Shown piece by piece: positions 1 to 9,611 of a DNA stretch of 64,000 bases. The DNA is from an uncultured Pseudomonadota bacterium. GTDB lineage: Bacteria > Oederibacteriota > Muellerivitia > Muellerivitales > Muellerivitaceae. The position numbers and the translations under genes are program-made. The notes under the pieces were generated by a model. That model worked only from the letters and a program-made list of their open reading frames with translations. It was not told the DNA's origin and did not search any database. Each line of letters begins with the position of its first letter. Position 1 is the stretch's first letter. The stretch covers positions 247,245 to 311,244 of the forward strand of contig CAWJKT010000009.1 of NCBI GenBank assembly GCA_963843375.1, given 5' to 3'.

Positions 1-2
1 CC

Positions 3-2223
3 ATGTTCGTCAATTATGTGCGGACCTACCAGACAGGCAAACCCACCCCCACACCGGTGGTCCAGTCCACCTGGCGGGTGCATTGCGGTGGGGACAATTA
101 CACCGACGGCGACGGCAACCTCTGGGTGGCGGACACGAATTTCACGGGGGGCTGGCCTTCCTACGGCAGTACGGCCGCCTCGGGTACGGTGCTTCCCACC
201 TCCAGGCGACTCGTTGCTTTACCAGTACCAAAGGTATGGGAACACGACGGGCGGGGAAACGGTCACCTATACCTTCAACGTGCACGCCGGCTCCACTTAC
301 CAGGTGGACCTGAAATTCGACGAGACCAATTCGACCGGGCCCAATCAGCGGCAGTTCAACTACTCGATCAACGGCGCGACAGAGGCCACGAACTTCGACA
401 TTTATGCCACGGCCGGAGGCGCCAACAAGGCTTTGGATGAGGTTTACAATAATATCTCGCCGAACTCCAGCGGCCAAATCGTCATCCAGTTCACCCAAGG
501 GGCCTATGGCAACCCGACAGTGGGAGCCATTCAAGTCATTCAGACTTCATCGACCTCTACGCCTACCCTAACATCCACGGCAACGTTCACTACGACCTCC
601 ACTCCTTCCAGGACAAGCACGCCCACCCTCACTTTTACCGGGACCTATACACACACCTTCACCCCCACCAATACTCCCACGGACAGCCCCACTTTTACCG
701 CCACAGTTACAAGAATGAATACGGCCACCAATACTGTGACCAATAGCCCCACCGCAACGGCCACCTCAACCCCCACGGCCATCCCGACCAAAACGCCGAC
801 GAGCACGGCCACTTCTAGCGTCACCAGCACGGCCTCCGCCACACCCACGAACACTTTTGGCAATACGGCCACGAATACCCCTGCTTCAACCCCCTCGAGT
901 ACCGACACCGGTACTTCTACAGCTACCGACTCAAACACCGCCACCAAGACGACCACTTCCACACCGACGAGCACGGCCACTTCCAGCCCCACAATTACCT
1001 CATCCTCAACGCCCACCAAAACGACGACGGCGACCCTCACGGATACCCTAGCCAACACGGTCACTCAAACCGCCACGGCAACCGATACTCCCACTTCCAC
1101 CATCTCAAACACCCCGATCAAAACCACGACTTTGACTCCCACGCTCACTCCCACAGCCTCCACCACTGCCACGGCTACCAACAGCTCGACGGTTACCCCG
1201 ATCTTCACGGCCACAAATACCCAGCCCCCCACAGCCTCTAATACTTCGTCCCTGACGGCATCGAGCACCCCCACGGAAACCTCCACCTTCTCAGTCACCC
1301 TCAGCCCCACTACAACACCCACCAATACCGGGACCATTCCTCCCGCCAATTCGGCCACCCCCACCCCCACCCTTACGCCCACCAGTAGCCCTACCACTAT
1401 CCCCACCAACAGCCCGACCAATTCACCCACGTTCACGCCGACTTTCACGCCCACGGCCTCCAGCAGCCCCACCGGGACTCCCACAGGCACCTCCACCAAC
1501 AGTCCCACTTCCACCACCACCCATTCCCCGTCCGTCACGCCCACCAATAGCTCATCGCCGACGCCTATGAATACACTCACTCCAACGCCAATTCTTACTG
1601 CCACTCTGACTCCGACGTTAAGCCCAACGAATACGGCTTTCACGGCGACTTTCTCGCCTACTGGAACGCAAACCAACAATGCAACGGGAACCCCCACGGC
1701 GACTCAGCTCACGAACACGCCCACCCCAACCCCCACGGTCACCTTCACCCCAACCTCCACCAATAGGAGTACCATGACATTTACGGTGTCAAATACTCCC
1801 ACGAGCGCGACCACTTACAGCCCCACATACCCTTTAACGAATACCCTCACTCCAACACAAACTCTTACCGTCACCATGACTCCGACATTAAGCCTAACGA
1901 TTGCGCCGACGTTCACTCCGACCCCCGCCATGACAGGAGTCGTGATTGGCCTCCCCTTTCCAAACCCCGTTTTCGGCGAAGGGCCCGTGTTTGTTCGGGT
2001 GCAGGCCGCTTCCGGCTCAAAGGTGGAATTAAGCATCTTTACGTCGGCCTTTCGCAAGGTCCTGGACATTCCCAGTCCCGTTCAGGGTGATAAAATGACA
2101 CTTAATTGGGATCTGGATGATGCTTGGGGAAATCCCGTGGCAAATGGCCTTTACTACCTGAGGGTTCAGGTTTCCGATCCGGTCATTACCTCCAAAATCC
2201 TGAAGGTCCTTGTCATTCGGTAA
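3..2223 (+). CDS. Secreted modular glycan-active protein, probably 5'-truncated by the window: GH16-type C-terminal motif, malectin domain, long Thr/Pro/Ser stalk, C-terminal FlgD-Ig/T9SS-like sorting domain; 1-bp frameshift near 200
   Basis: Frame +3 gives MFVNYVRTYQ (like the GH16 terminal MxVDYVRVYQ) then WRVHCGGDNYTDGDGNLWVADTNF (malectin start). Frame +1 continues GDSLLYQYQRYG..YQVDLKFDE..RQFNYSING (malectin end), then a TPT stalk and PFPNP...WDLDDAWGNPVANGLYYLRV. Confidence 0.75.
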   Translation, partial: CSSIMCGPTRQANPPPHRWSSPPGGCIAVGTITPTATATSGWRTRISRGAGLPTAVRPPRVRCFPPPGDSLLYQYQRYGNTTGGETVTYTFNVHAGSTYQVDLKFDETNSTGPNQRQFNYSINGATEATNFDIYATAGGANKALDEVYNNISPNSSGQIVIQFTQGAYGNPTVGAIQVIQTSSTSTPTLTSTATFTTTSTPSRTSTPTLTFTGTYTHTFTPTNTPTDSPTFTATVTRMNTATNTVTNSPTATATSTPTAIPTKTPTSTATSSVTSTASATPTNTFGNTATNTPASTPSSTDTGTSTATDSNTATKTTTSTPTSTATSSPTITSSSTPTKTTTATLTDTLANTVTQTATATDTPTSTISNTPIKTTTLTPTLTPTASTTATATNSSTVTPIFTATNTQPPTASNTSSLTASSTPTETSTFSVTLSPTTTPTNTGTIPPANSATPTPTLTPTSSPTTIPTNSPTNSPTFTPTFTPTASSSPTGTPTGTSTNSPTSTTTHSPSVTPTNSSSPTPMNTLTPTPILTATLTPTLSPTNTAFTATFSPTGTQTNNATGTPTATQLTNTPTPTPTVTFTPTSTNRSTMTFTVSNTPTSATTYSPTYPLTNTLTPTQTLTVTMTPTLSLTIAPTFTPTPAMTGVVIGLPFPNPVFGEGPVFVRVQAASGSKVELSIFTSAFRKVLDIPSPVQGDKMTLNWDLDDAWGNPVANGLYYLRVQVSDPVITSKILKVLVIR

Positions 2224-2282
2224 GACAAGTTTCACTGAAACCAAAAATATTTTTCTAATAAAATAAAATTAAATCGAATTCT

Positions 2283-2310
2283 TGTCCACGGCGGGGAGGT
2301 ATAGTAAACA
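2283..2310. repeat. Array site 1 (variant): TGTCCACGGCG-GGGAGG-TATAGTAAACA
   Basis: Left arm matches the consensus; spacer and right arm resemble the site at 10747. Confidence 0.75.
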
Positions 2311-2475
2311 ATAATTTTTTCAATACCTTGGCTGCTTCTTCATCCTCATCCTGAACAAAAAGCGCTATTTATTATCAATTTTATTGTTGCCTCCCCTCCC
2401 CCCCACTACTAAACTTCCTCATGCTAAATTCTTTTCAACACCTTTAACCGCCCAATTCGAGTCAAAGATATTTCA

Positions 2476-3738
2476 ATGAAGATTCAAATCGTAGGGCTTT
2501 TTTCGCTTCTCGTTGGAGTCGGCTTTTTAACCCTCGGTTGTCCATCCAAAAGTAACAGCCCTTCTAGCCCAGCTGCGCCGACTAATATTTCCACTCCAAT
2601 CATTACCAATACGCCGACCAACACTAGCACCAACACCGCCACGGGAACGGCAACGGGGACACCAACCAAAACCGCCACACCTACCAGCAGCGGCACGCCT
2701 ACCAATTCGCCAACGTCCACTCCCTCGGGCACCCCGACCAACAGCGCTACGAATACCGCGACCGCGACGATCACTAACACGCCGACGATTACCCCCACAT
2801 CCACCCAAACGGGTACACCAACGAACAGCGCTACTGTTACGCCGACCTTTACGATAACGAGCACAGCGACCGTTACCGCCACCAGCACACCCACCAACTC
2901 GCTTAGCGCTTTCGCGACTATTGGCAGCGATGGTAAAACTTTATTTAACTATCCCATGGGTATTCAATACCTAGGAGGTTATTTATGGATGGCGGATACA
3001 AATGGCCTTGGGTCCCCGAATTTTCAAGAATGGGTCACGAATGGAACCAGTCCCGTGACGAACATGACAATTTATAATGGATCGGCATCGTTTCAGGCTC
3101 CCTGGGGTGTGGGCATTGATTCCGCCACTGGAAATGTCTATGTGACGGATGAAGTTGCGGGTCAAATTGATGTTTTCAACTCCGCCGGGACTTACCTTAC
3201 CAATTTTGGAAGCACCTATTTAGACAAGGGCTTCTTGGGCGTGGCCTTAAACTCGGCGGGGACGACGGTTTATGCTCTCACGTCAGATTCTATTATTTAT
3301 ATTGTTTCCGTTACCCCCGGTTCGATCCCCACTTATACCCTTCAAACAGGCTTTGGCCAATCGGGGTCTGTAGCATCGTATAAGCTTCTTTCCCCTCAAA
3401 ATTTGAGAGTAGACGGAAATGGATATGTTTGGGTGGCGGATCAAGGAAACCATCGAGTGGCGGAATACACCGGAGCGGGGATTTATAACCTCACATCCTT
3501 TATTACGGTAACCAGCCTTGCCAATCCTTTTATGCCCTCGGATGTATTGGTGGACAGCTCTGGTAACGTCTACGCTACGGATAATGAAAATAATTATGTC
3601 GTGGAATTTAATTCATCCGGCACGCAAATAGGCCAATTTGGGGAGGGGATTTTATATGGACCCAATGGCATTACCACGGATGGGGCTGGTAATTTTTACG
3701 TAACAGATTCAAGTCCTCAAATAGTGGGGTTTCATTAA
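2476..3738 (+). CDS. Lipoprotein with Thr/Pro stalk and NHL-repeat beta-propeller
   Basis: Lipobox FLTLGC, TPT repeats, NHL-like repeats ([65 protein letters not shown]). Confidence 0.85.
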   Translation: MKIQIVGLFSLLVGVGFLTLGCPSKSNSPSSPAAPTNISTPIITNTPTNTSTNTATGTATGTPTKTATPTSSGTPTNSPTSTPSGTPTNSATNTATATITNTPTITPTSTQTGTPTNSATVTPTFTITSTATVTATSTPTNSLSAFATIGSDGKTLFNYPMGIQYLGGYLWMADTNGLGSPNFQEWVTNGTSPVTNMTIYNGSASFQAPWGVGIDSATGNVYVTDEVAGQIDVFNSAGTYLTNFGSTYLDKGFLGVALNSAGTTVYALTSDSIIYIVSVTPGSIPTYTLQTGFGQSGSVASYKLLSPQNLRVDGNGYVWVADQGNHRVAEYTGAGIYNLTSFITVTSLANPFMPSDVLVDSSGNVYATDNENNYVVEFNSSGTQIGQFGEGILYGPNGITTDGAGNFYVTDSSPQIVGFH

Positions 3739-3763
3739 GAATTAACTCAGAAGAAAGTTGGTC

Positions 3764-5092
3764 ATGAAGTTATACCTCATAGGGCTTGTTTCGCTTCTCC
3801 TTGGGATAGGCTTTTTAACCCTCGGCTGTCCTGGCAAAAATAATCCCTCCAGCCCCTCTGCACCTGCTCCTGTGCAAGCTACGCCCACTTTTACACAAGC
3901 TTGCTGGGTGGGTACTTCCCCTACTTGTACTCCGTACGTTACTCCGATTGGTATAACAACCCCAACCGGTTATTACGTGACCGGCACTGTTAACTATACC
4001 GGCTCTCGAGGATCGGTTAATTCAACGAATTATTTGTACGTGGCATTAGCGAATTCCAGTTTTAATTTCGTCTCGGGCGAAGATATTGCCATGAATGGCG
4101 GGACCTATCAAATTTACGCTTCTTCAGCAGGAACTTATTATCTAGGGGCATTTTATATTAACGTTAGTGAACCGCATATTTATTATCCCTCTACTTGTAT
4201 AGAACCTGGGGCGGGAATCACCATAAATGGGGGGGTTGCAGGAATCGATTTGTCATTTGGGGATAGTTGCACCTTTAGTACGCCATCTCCTACTCTTGGG
4301 TCGTCGACTTTGACCGCCACTCCTACCAACCAAACACCTGTCGCCACGCTGACCTTTACTCCGACGATCACGCCTACCTTCAACTACACTTGGACGGCAT
4401 CCAACACGCCGACGAATACCTACCCGCCGGGAACGAATACTCCCACCCGTGTGCCCACCAACACACCCACTCCAACACCTACCGGCACTTTAATCATTAT
4501 TTATCCGACCGCTACACCGACGGAAACGGACACCCCCACCGAAACCGAAACTTCGACCGTCACTGATACGCCGACGGATACCTGGCCGCCAGGAACGGAC
4601 ACGCCCACGGCCCAAGCCACGGATACTCCCACCGAAACGCCCACGGACACGGAATTTGAAGTCGACATACCGACCGGCACCCCTACAGATACTGAAACCG
4701 ATACGGCTACCCACACGCCCACTGAAACTGTTACCCCTACTCCCACGGTCACCGACACATCCACGATTACCGATACCCCCACCAATACGCCGACTCCTGG
4801 CGCCACCTATAGTGTTTATTTCACGGCATCGGGAACTGCCGGTGTCGAATATGAAATTGTTTACAGTTCTGTTATTTCCGGAGCGGTTACCGCCGTTGTT
4901 TATACAGGCACTTTAAACGGTGGGAATTGGACCTCCCCGACAGTCGATTTTCCTGGAGATACCGAAGTTGGTATTTCCGCCGGGGGTGTTACCAGCACAA
5001 ATTCAATTACGGTAAACCTTTATGTCGACGATGTTTTGGAAGGGACAGGTACTAGCTCCAGCGGCGCACCCGTTTCCTATCTATTGCCTTAA
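3764..5092 (+). CDS. Lipoprotein, paralog of 2476 and 13032, with an Ig-like module and acidic Thr/Pro repeats
   Basis: [31 protein letters not shown] leader; [10 protein letters not shown] module; TETPTDT repeats. ATG at 3764 chosen over TTG at 3758. Confidence 0.8.
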   Translation: MKLYLIGLVSLLLGIGFLTLGCPGKNNPSSPSAPAPVQATPTFTQACWVGTSPTCTPYVTPIGITTPTGYYVTGTVNYTGSRGSVNSTNYLYVALANSSFNFVSGEDIAMNGGTYQIYASSAGTYYLGAFYINVSEPHIYYPSTCIEPGAGITINGGVAGIDLSFGDSCTFSTPSPTLGSSTLTATPTNQTPVATLTFTPTITPTFNYTWTASNTPTNTYPPGTNTPTRVPTNTPTPTPTGTLIIIYPTATPTETDTPTETETSTVTDTPTDTWPPGTDTPTAQATDTPTETPTDTEFEVDIPTGTPTDTETDTATHTPTETVTPTPTVTDTSTITDTPTNTPTPGATYSVYFTASGTAGVEYEIVYSSVISGAVTAVVYTGTLNGGNWTSPTVDFPGDTEVGISAGGVTSTNSITVNLYVDDVLEGTGTSSSGAPVSYLLP

Positions 5093-5241
5093 AATTAAAC
5101 CAAAACCCCAACTAGCTAAGCGGGGGAAGTTCGGCAAACTTCTGCCAAGGTAGGTGGGGAATACCCCCCCCCTTATGTCTGCTTTATTATGTAGGCTCAA
5201 GATTTTAAAATCTCTATCAACTAAAATATCTTGAATTTTAT

Positions 5242-5269
5242 TGTTCCATACGGGGACCCGGATTGGACA
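5242..5269. repeat. Array site 2: TGTTCCATACG-GGGACC-CGGATTGGACA; group II intron insertion target
   Basis: Same spacer, B-type right arm; the intron starts at 5270. Confidence 0.8.
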
Positions 5270-6052
5270 GCGTGCCAGGATCAAGGATGCAGCAGCCAGC
5301 AGGTGCGGTTCGATATGAACCAAGTCCTGACGGGGTAACCGCCCGAGGGCCCCGAAGTCAACCTCCGTGGCAAAGTCGAGAGGCCTTGTCCGAAACGAGG
5401 TCATAAACCTTCGAAAGGAAGGGAACAATACTACAGTCCGTAACATGAAGTGAATCCTGCCGCGTCGTGACGAGTCCGCCGAAAGGCTATAGGGGAGGCC
5501 GAGCCGCGTGTCCAACGGCGAAGGCAACAATCTCATCCTGAAACGGGATTGGGTGGGGTAAATCCTCCGGCGTATTGGGAGCGGAATGTTGGAAAGGCTG
5601 GTGCATCAACCTGGGAGATCCTACCCGTTAAAAGAGCGGCTCCTATAAGGGCGACCGAAAGGGAGACGTGACGGGAGGAAGTCGGAGGGGGAAATAGTAC
5701 CGCTTAGAGGGGGAGGACAACAAAACCTCACCTGAGGGAAGGTCCCCTGCTTCAACCATGTGCCTTCAAGAAGGGTGGCGCTGGAGAATGCCGGAAACGG
5801 CTAATAACTCTGAAGGTCAAAAGCGCGTAATCTTCAACAAGCACTATGCCGAACGGCCAAGGGAAGTAGAACCTGTAAAGCCGTCGGAGAAAAGGTTGTC
5901 GGAAAGCCGTATGATCGAAAAGGTCACGTACGGTTTGATGAGGGGGCGTTGGAAACGAAGTGATGAGGGAACCTAGTTGGGGCACGGAACCGGAAACGGG
6001 GAAACAGATCAAGGGGCCCTCTGCACACAACCGCGCCAGCGCTCTACTCTAC
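5270..6052 (+). mobile_element. Group II intron lacking an intact IEP (internal ORF deletion)
   Basis: 5' GCGTG (GYGYG-like) followed by CCAGG 5275-5279, which can pair with CCTGG 5610-5614 at the end of domain I. D3-like GGAAGTCGGAGGGGGAAATAGTACC...GAGGGAAGGTCCCC. D5 AAGCCGTATGATCGAAAAGGTCACGTACGGTTT (~5904-5936, AGC triad). Long D6 ending GCGCTCTACTCTAC at 6052. Confidence 0.92.
5788..5963 (+). pseudogene. Remnant of the intron-encoded reverse transcriptase/maturase: N-terminus fused to C-terminus
   Basis: GGAG RBS then MPETANNSE; shifted frame 5820-5963 reads KARNLQQALCRTAK (IEP N-terminal motif)...VVGKPYDRKGHVRFDEGALETK* (typical IEP C-terminus reading through D5). No RT motifs such as YADD remain. 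Confidence 0.75.
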
Positions 6053-6171
6053 AACAAATAATGGGCCGAATCCTTTGGTGATCCTCATGGGCAATAGGGG
6101 GTTGATTCGATTACTCCCGCAGTTAAAAATAACCGCGAAAACGAAAACGTTTTTTTCCTAAGGAGAAAACC

Positions 6172-6942
6172 ATGAAACAACCCGTCGTTATTGTTACCGG
6201 AGCCAGTCAGGGCATTGGTCGTGCCACAGCCATAAGACTAGCCGCTGATTTTAAGGCCGTGGTTCTCGGGGCCCGGAACGAGGAGGGCCTCAACGAGACG
6301 GCCAAGTCGGTCCAATCCGCCGGAGCGGAGCCCCTGGTCCTGCCGCTGGATTTACGCCAGGGCGAAGCAGCCAAGACCCTCGTGGACAAAACTCTGGAAA
6401 ATTTCGGCCGGATCGACGCTCTGGTAAACATAGCGGGGGCCGTGCCCCAAATCGACCTTTTGGAAATGACGGACGCCCAATGGGACGATGGAATGGCGCT
6501 CAAACTTCACGGCGCCCGGCGAGTGACAATTCATGCGTGGGAAGCACTGAAAAAATCCAAGGGTTCGGTGGTATTCACCTCGGGCAACTCGGCCCTGGCG
6601 CCCAAGTCGGCCTTTGCCGCCGTAGCCGTCACCAATGCGGCCATTGTGGCCTTGGCCAAAGCCTTCGCGGAACGGGGGATCAAGGATGGCGTTCAGGTAA
6701 ATAGTGTCCTGCCCGGGCCTGTGTTCACCAATCGCCGAAAAACCTACATGGAAAAATACGCCCCCCTGCACAACATGACAGTGGAAGAGGCGCTTGAAAA
6801 ATTTCCCGCCGAGGCGGGCATTACCCGATACGGTCAGCCAGAGGACATCGCTAACTTGATGGCGTTTTTGGTTTCCGCGGAAGGGAAGTGGATGACCGGC
6901 TCGGCAGTTCGAATGGACGGCGGCGAGATCAAGGCGGTCTAG
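6172..6942 (+). CDS. SDR family oxidoreductase
   Basis: TGASQGIG Rossmann motif, LVNIAG, VNSVLPG, MTGSAVRMDGG; AAGGAG RBS. Confidence 0.92.
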   Translation: MKQPVVIVTGASQGIGRATAIRLAADFKAVVLGARNEEGLNETAKSVQSAGAEPLVLPLDLRQGEAAKTLVDKTLENFGRIDALVNIAGAVPQIDLLEMTDAQWDDGMALKLHGARRVTIHAWEALKKSKGSVVFTSGNSALAPKSAFAAVAVTNAAIVALAKAFAERGIKDGVQVNSVLPGPVFTNRRKTYMEKYAPLHNMTVEEALEKFPAEAGITRYGQPEDIANLMAFLVSAEGKWMTGSAVRMDGGEIKAV

Positions 6943-6988
6943 GGTAATCGCTTCATTGAAGTATCGCTGTTAATAGCGGTTTTCGCAT

Positions 6989-7016
6989 TGTCCACAATGG
7001 GGACCCGTCGTGGACA
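6989..7016. repeat. Array site 3: TGTCCACAATG-GGGACC-CGTCGTGGACA
   Basis: Direct sequence match to the consensus. Confidence 0.9.
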
Positions 7017-7072
7017 AAGAAAAAGTATCGATTTGGATTTTTAAATGGGGGCAATTATTGAAGTTGCAAATA

Positions 7073-9181
7073 ATGAAAAGTAATAAAAGAACGATTATCA
7101 AAATTATTTCGGGTTTAGTTTTAGCAGTTGGAATTTCTTGGGCTGCTGCTACCCCCACTCCAAGTGGCCAAAACCAGGCCGAAATCCTTTGGGATAGTTG
7201 GGGCGTTCCCCACATCTATGCCACCAATGACACCAGCCTCTTCAAGGCTTTCGGGTGGGCTCAAATGCATAATCATTCAAAACTATTGCTCCATGACTAT
7301 GCCTTGGCCCGGGGCAAGGGGGCCGAATTTTTCGGCCAAGATGATTTGGTTTCCGATCGGTCCGTTCGATTGATGGGTCTATATCCAATCGCCCGTCAGT
7401 GGTACGCGCAACAAACCCCAAGGTTCCGCGCCGACTTGGATGCCTTTGCCGAAGGTATCAACCTCTATGGGCGGAACCCCAAAAACGGTTTGGATGCTGC
7501 GTCCCTAAAAGTTTTGCCGGTTGATGGAGTGGATGTCATGGCTCATGCCATTCGGATTATTTGGCATTTTCAGAGGGATCTGTCTCACATTAAATCAGGT
7601 TTGTCGAACGGAGAGTGGCTGGGCTCCAACGGTTGGGCCATCGCGCCCTCTCATTCTGCGGATGGTCACGCTATGTTATTAGCCAACCCCCATCTTCCCT
7701 GGAATGGGGAAAGAACCCTATTCGAGGCCGAGCTCAATTCCCCGGATTATCAGTGTTATGGCTCTGCCATAGTCGGAATCCCGATTCTTTCCATTGCGTT
7801 CAACGAGTCAATAGGATGGACCCATACGGTTAACACGATCAATCCCTGCTCCTTATACCAGCTTACTCCCGATGGAAAGGGCTATCGTTTTGACGGAAGC
7901 CACTTCAATTTTTCAGCCCATGTGGAAAAAATAAAGGTTCTCCAGGCGGATGGTTCCCTTAAGTCGGAGGATTTACTAGTCCGTAACGCAATCCAGGGCC
8001 CAGTGATCGAGGACAAAGGCCAACTCAAGGCCATTCGGGTAGCTGGCCTCCAATGCGGTTCTTACTCTGGAGCCATGGAACAATGGTGGAAAATGGGACA
8101 AGCCCGAAATCTAAGCGAGTTCCAATCCGCTTTGCGTTTAATGCAATTACCCATGTTCAATACAATTTACGCTGATTCCGATGGAAACATTTTTCTTTTC
8201 GACGGGGGATTGGTTCCTAAAAAGGGAAATGGAGATTTCTCCTTTTGGACTCGGCCTGTTTCGGGGGACACGAAAGAAACGGTTTGGGCGGATTTCATGG
8301 ATTACGATTCACTGCCAATGGCTTTGAATCCAAAGGCGGGTTGGGTCCAAAACTCCAACAGCGACCCCTGGTACATGACCCAGCCAATCCTCGACGGCCA
8401 TCTATATCCGCCCGATATGTCCGACATCCATGGATCTCCAAGTTTTCGTGAACAAAGGGGTATCCGGATGCTGACGGAAAGCGAAAAAATTTCTTACGAT
8501 CAACTAATCGCCGATAAGTTCTCCACCCGAAGCGAAATGGCGGACCATCTGGTTGACGATTTGGTGACCGCCGCTAAATCCCGTGGCGGGGAAACACTTC
8601 TTCGAGCCGCCGATGTTTTACGGAAATGGGACCGGTGTTTTGAAGATGATAGCCGGGGGGCGGTATTGTTTGAAGCCTGGAAAAATAGGGATTTTGTAAG
8701 CGGATGGCCCCTTTCGGTTCCTTTCGATTCAGCCCACTTTTTAGAGACACCACGAGGCTTCGCTAATCCAGGAAGGGATGCCCAAATCCTTGAGGACGCC
8801 GCAAAGGAAACAGAGTCGAAATACGCGCGGATGGATATCACTTGGGGTGAGGTTCATCGATTCCGACGTGGCAAATTTGACTTTCCAGCAAACGGCGGAT
8901 CGCCTAATTTGGGAATCTTTCGTTCTGTTTGGTATGACATGGATAAGGACGGTAAATACCTCGCTAATGGAGGCGATAGTTACATTGAGGCCATTGATTT
9001 TTCAAAACCATTGAAGGCTAGTGTTTTGTTGGCCTATGGGAATTCAAGCGATCCTGTTTCTCCCCATTATGGGGACCAATTGGAATTAGATTCAAAAAAA
9101 GAACTTCGACCCGTCTGGTTTTATCGCCAGGATGCTGAAGCTCACACAGTCGAGAAGTCAGTGATTCCGGGAGTTGAATGA
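7073..9181 (+). CDS. Secreted penicillin acylase family (Ntn hydrolase; cephalosporin/AHL acylase-like)
   Basis: Signal peptide; WDSWGVPHIYA; catalytic GSNGWAIAPSHSADGHAMLLANPHLPW; QNSNS; GGDSYIEAIDFS. The longer ORF start at 7010 overlaps the repeat site, so ATG 7073 is preferred. Confidence 0.9.
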   Translation: MKSNKRTIIKIISGLVLAVGISWAAATPTPSGQNQAEILWDSWGVPHIYATNDTSLFKAFGWAQMHNHSKLLLHDYALARGKGAEFFGQDDLVSDRSVRLMGLYPIARQWYAQQTPRFRADLDAFAEGINLYGRNPKNGLDAASLKVLPVDGVDVMAHAIRIIWHFQRDLSHIKSGLSNGEWLGSNGWAIAPSHSADGHAMLLANPHLPWNGERTLFEAELNSPDYQCYGSAIVGIPILSIAFNESIGWTHTVNTINPCSLYQLTPDGKGYRFDGSHFNFSAHVEKIKVLQADGSLKSEDLLVRNAIQGPVIEDKGQLKAIRVAGLQCGSYSGAMEQWWKMGQARNLSEFQSALRLMQLPMFNTIYADSDGNIFLFDGGLVPKKGNGDFSFWTRPVSGDTKETVWADFMDYDSLPMALNPKAGWVQNSNSDPWYMTQPILDGHLYPPDMSDIHGSPSFREQRGIRMLTESEKISYDQLIADKFSTRSEMADHLVDDLVTAAKSRGGETLLRAADVLRKWDRCFEDDSRGAVLFEAWKNRDFVSGWPLSVPFDSAHFLETPRGFANPGRDAQILEDAAKETESKYARMDITWGEVHRFRRGKFDFPANGGSPNLGIFRSVWYDMDKDGKYLANGGDSYIEAIDFSKPLKASVLLAYGNSSDPVSPHYGDQLELDSKKELRPVWFYRQDAEAHTVEKSVIPGVE

Positions 9182-9200
9182 GAAAATAGGGGGCATGGCT

Positions 9201-9319
9201 TGTCCACGACGGGGACCCCTAAACCCTGAGTGGTTCGAGGGCCTCACCATCCGCGCTCAAAGGGTCGATGAACTCAGGGCAAATTATAGGTCGTCCAATC
9301 TGGGAACCCGTCGTGGACA
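9201..9319. repeat. Composite array site 4: A-left arm + GGGACC, 74-nt hairpin insert, then CGTCCAATCTG-GGAACC-CGTCGTGGACA (9292-9319)
   Basis: Direct sequence; insert has CCCTGAG (9224-9230) / CTCAGGG (9273-9279) inverted repeat. Confidence 0.85.
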
Positions 9320-9404
9320 AACCATTTGGGGCCTATCAACTGATTTTAGACGGGTTTTCGTTTTGAGGTTTTATGAAATTTATAGAGAGTGTATAATGAT
9401 TCCC

Positions 9405-9611
9405 ATGAAGACCAAGAAAAACGTCTTAACACTTATCAAAAAAATCGAGGCCCTTCCGGCCGACAAGATCAACGAGGTTGAGGATTTCGTAGAGTTCTTG
9501 GGTCACAAGGGCTCCGACAGGCAATTGACAAGGGCCGCCTCCAAACTTTCCGAAAGGTCGTTTGCCAAGGTCTGGGATAATCCCGAAGATGCCATCTACG
9601 ACAAGCTATGA
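9405..9611 (+). CDS. Antitoxin, DUF2281-like
   Basis: LIKKIEALPADKINEVEDFVEFL..VWDNPEDAIYDKL; overlaps the downstream PemK-like gene; TATAAT at 9392-9397. Confidence 0.75.
   Translation: MKTKKNVLTLIKKIEALPADKINEVEDFVEFLGHKGSDRQLTRAASKLSERSFAKVWDNPEDAIYDKL

Noticed and set aside
5303-5312. GTGCGGTTCG as the intron 5' end
   Set aside because: It matches the GUGYG consensus, but domain I closing pairing (CCAGG/CCTGG) and the EBS1-IBS1 complementarity both place the start at 5270.
9174-9404. N-terminal extensions of ORFs that run through array sites (9174, 7010, 14363, 20707 starts)
   Set aside because: They translate the repeat itself; downstream starts with a promoter or RBS are more plausible.
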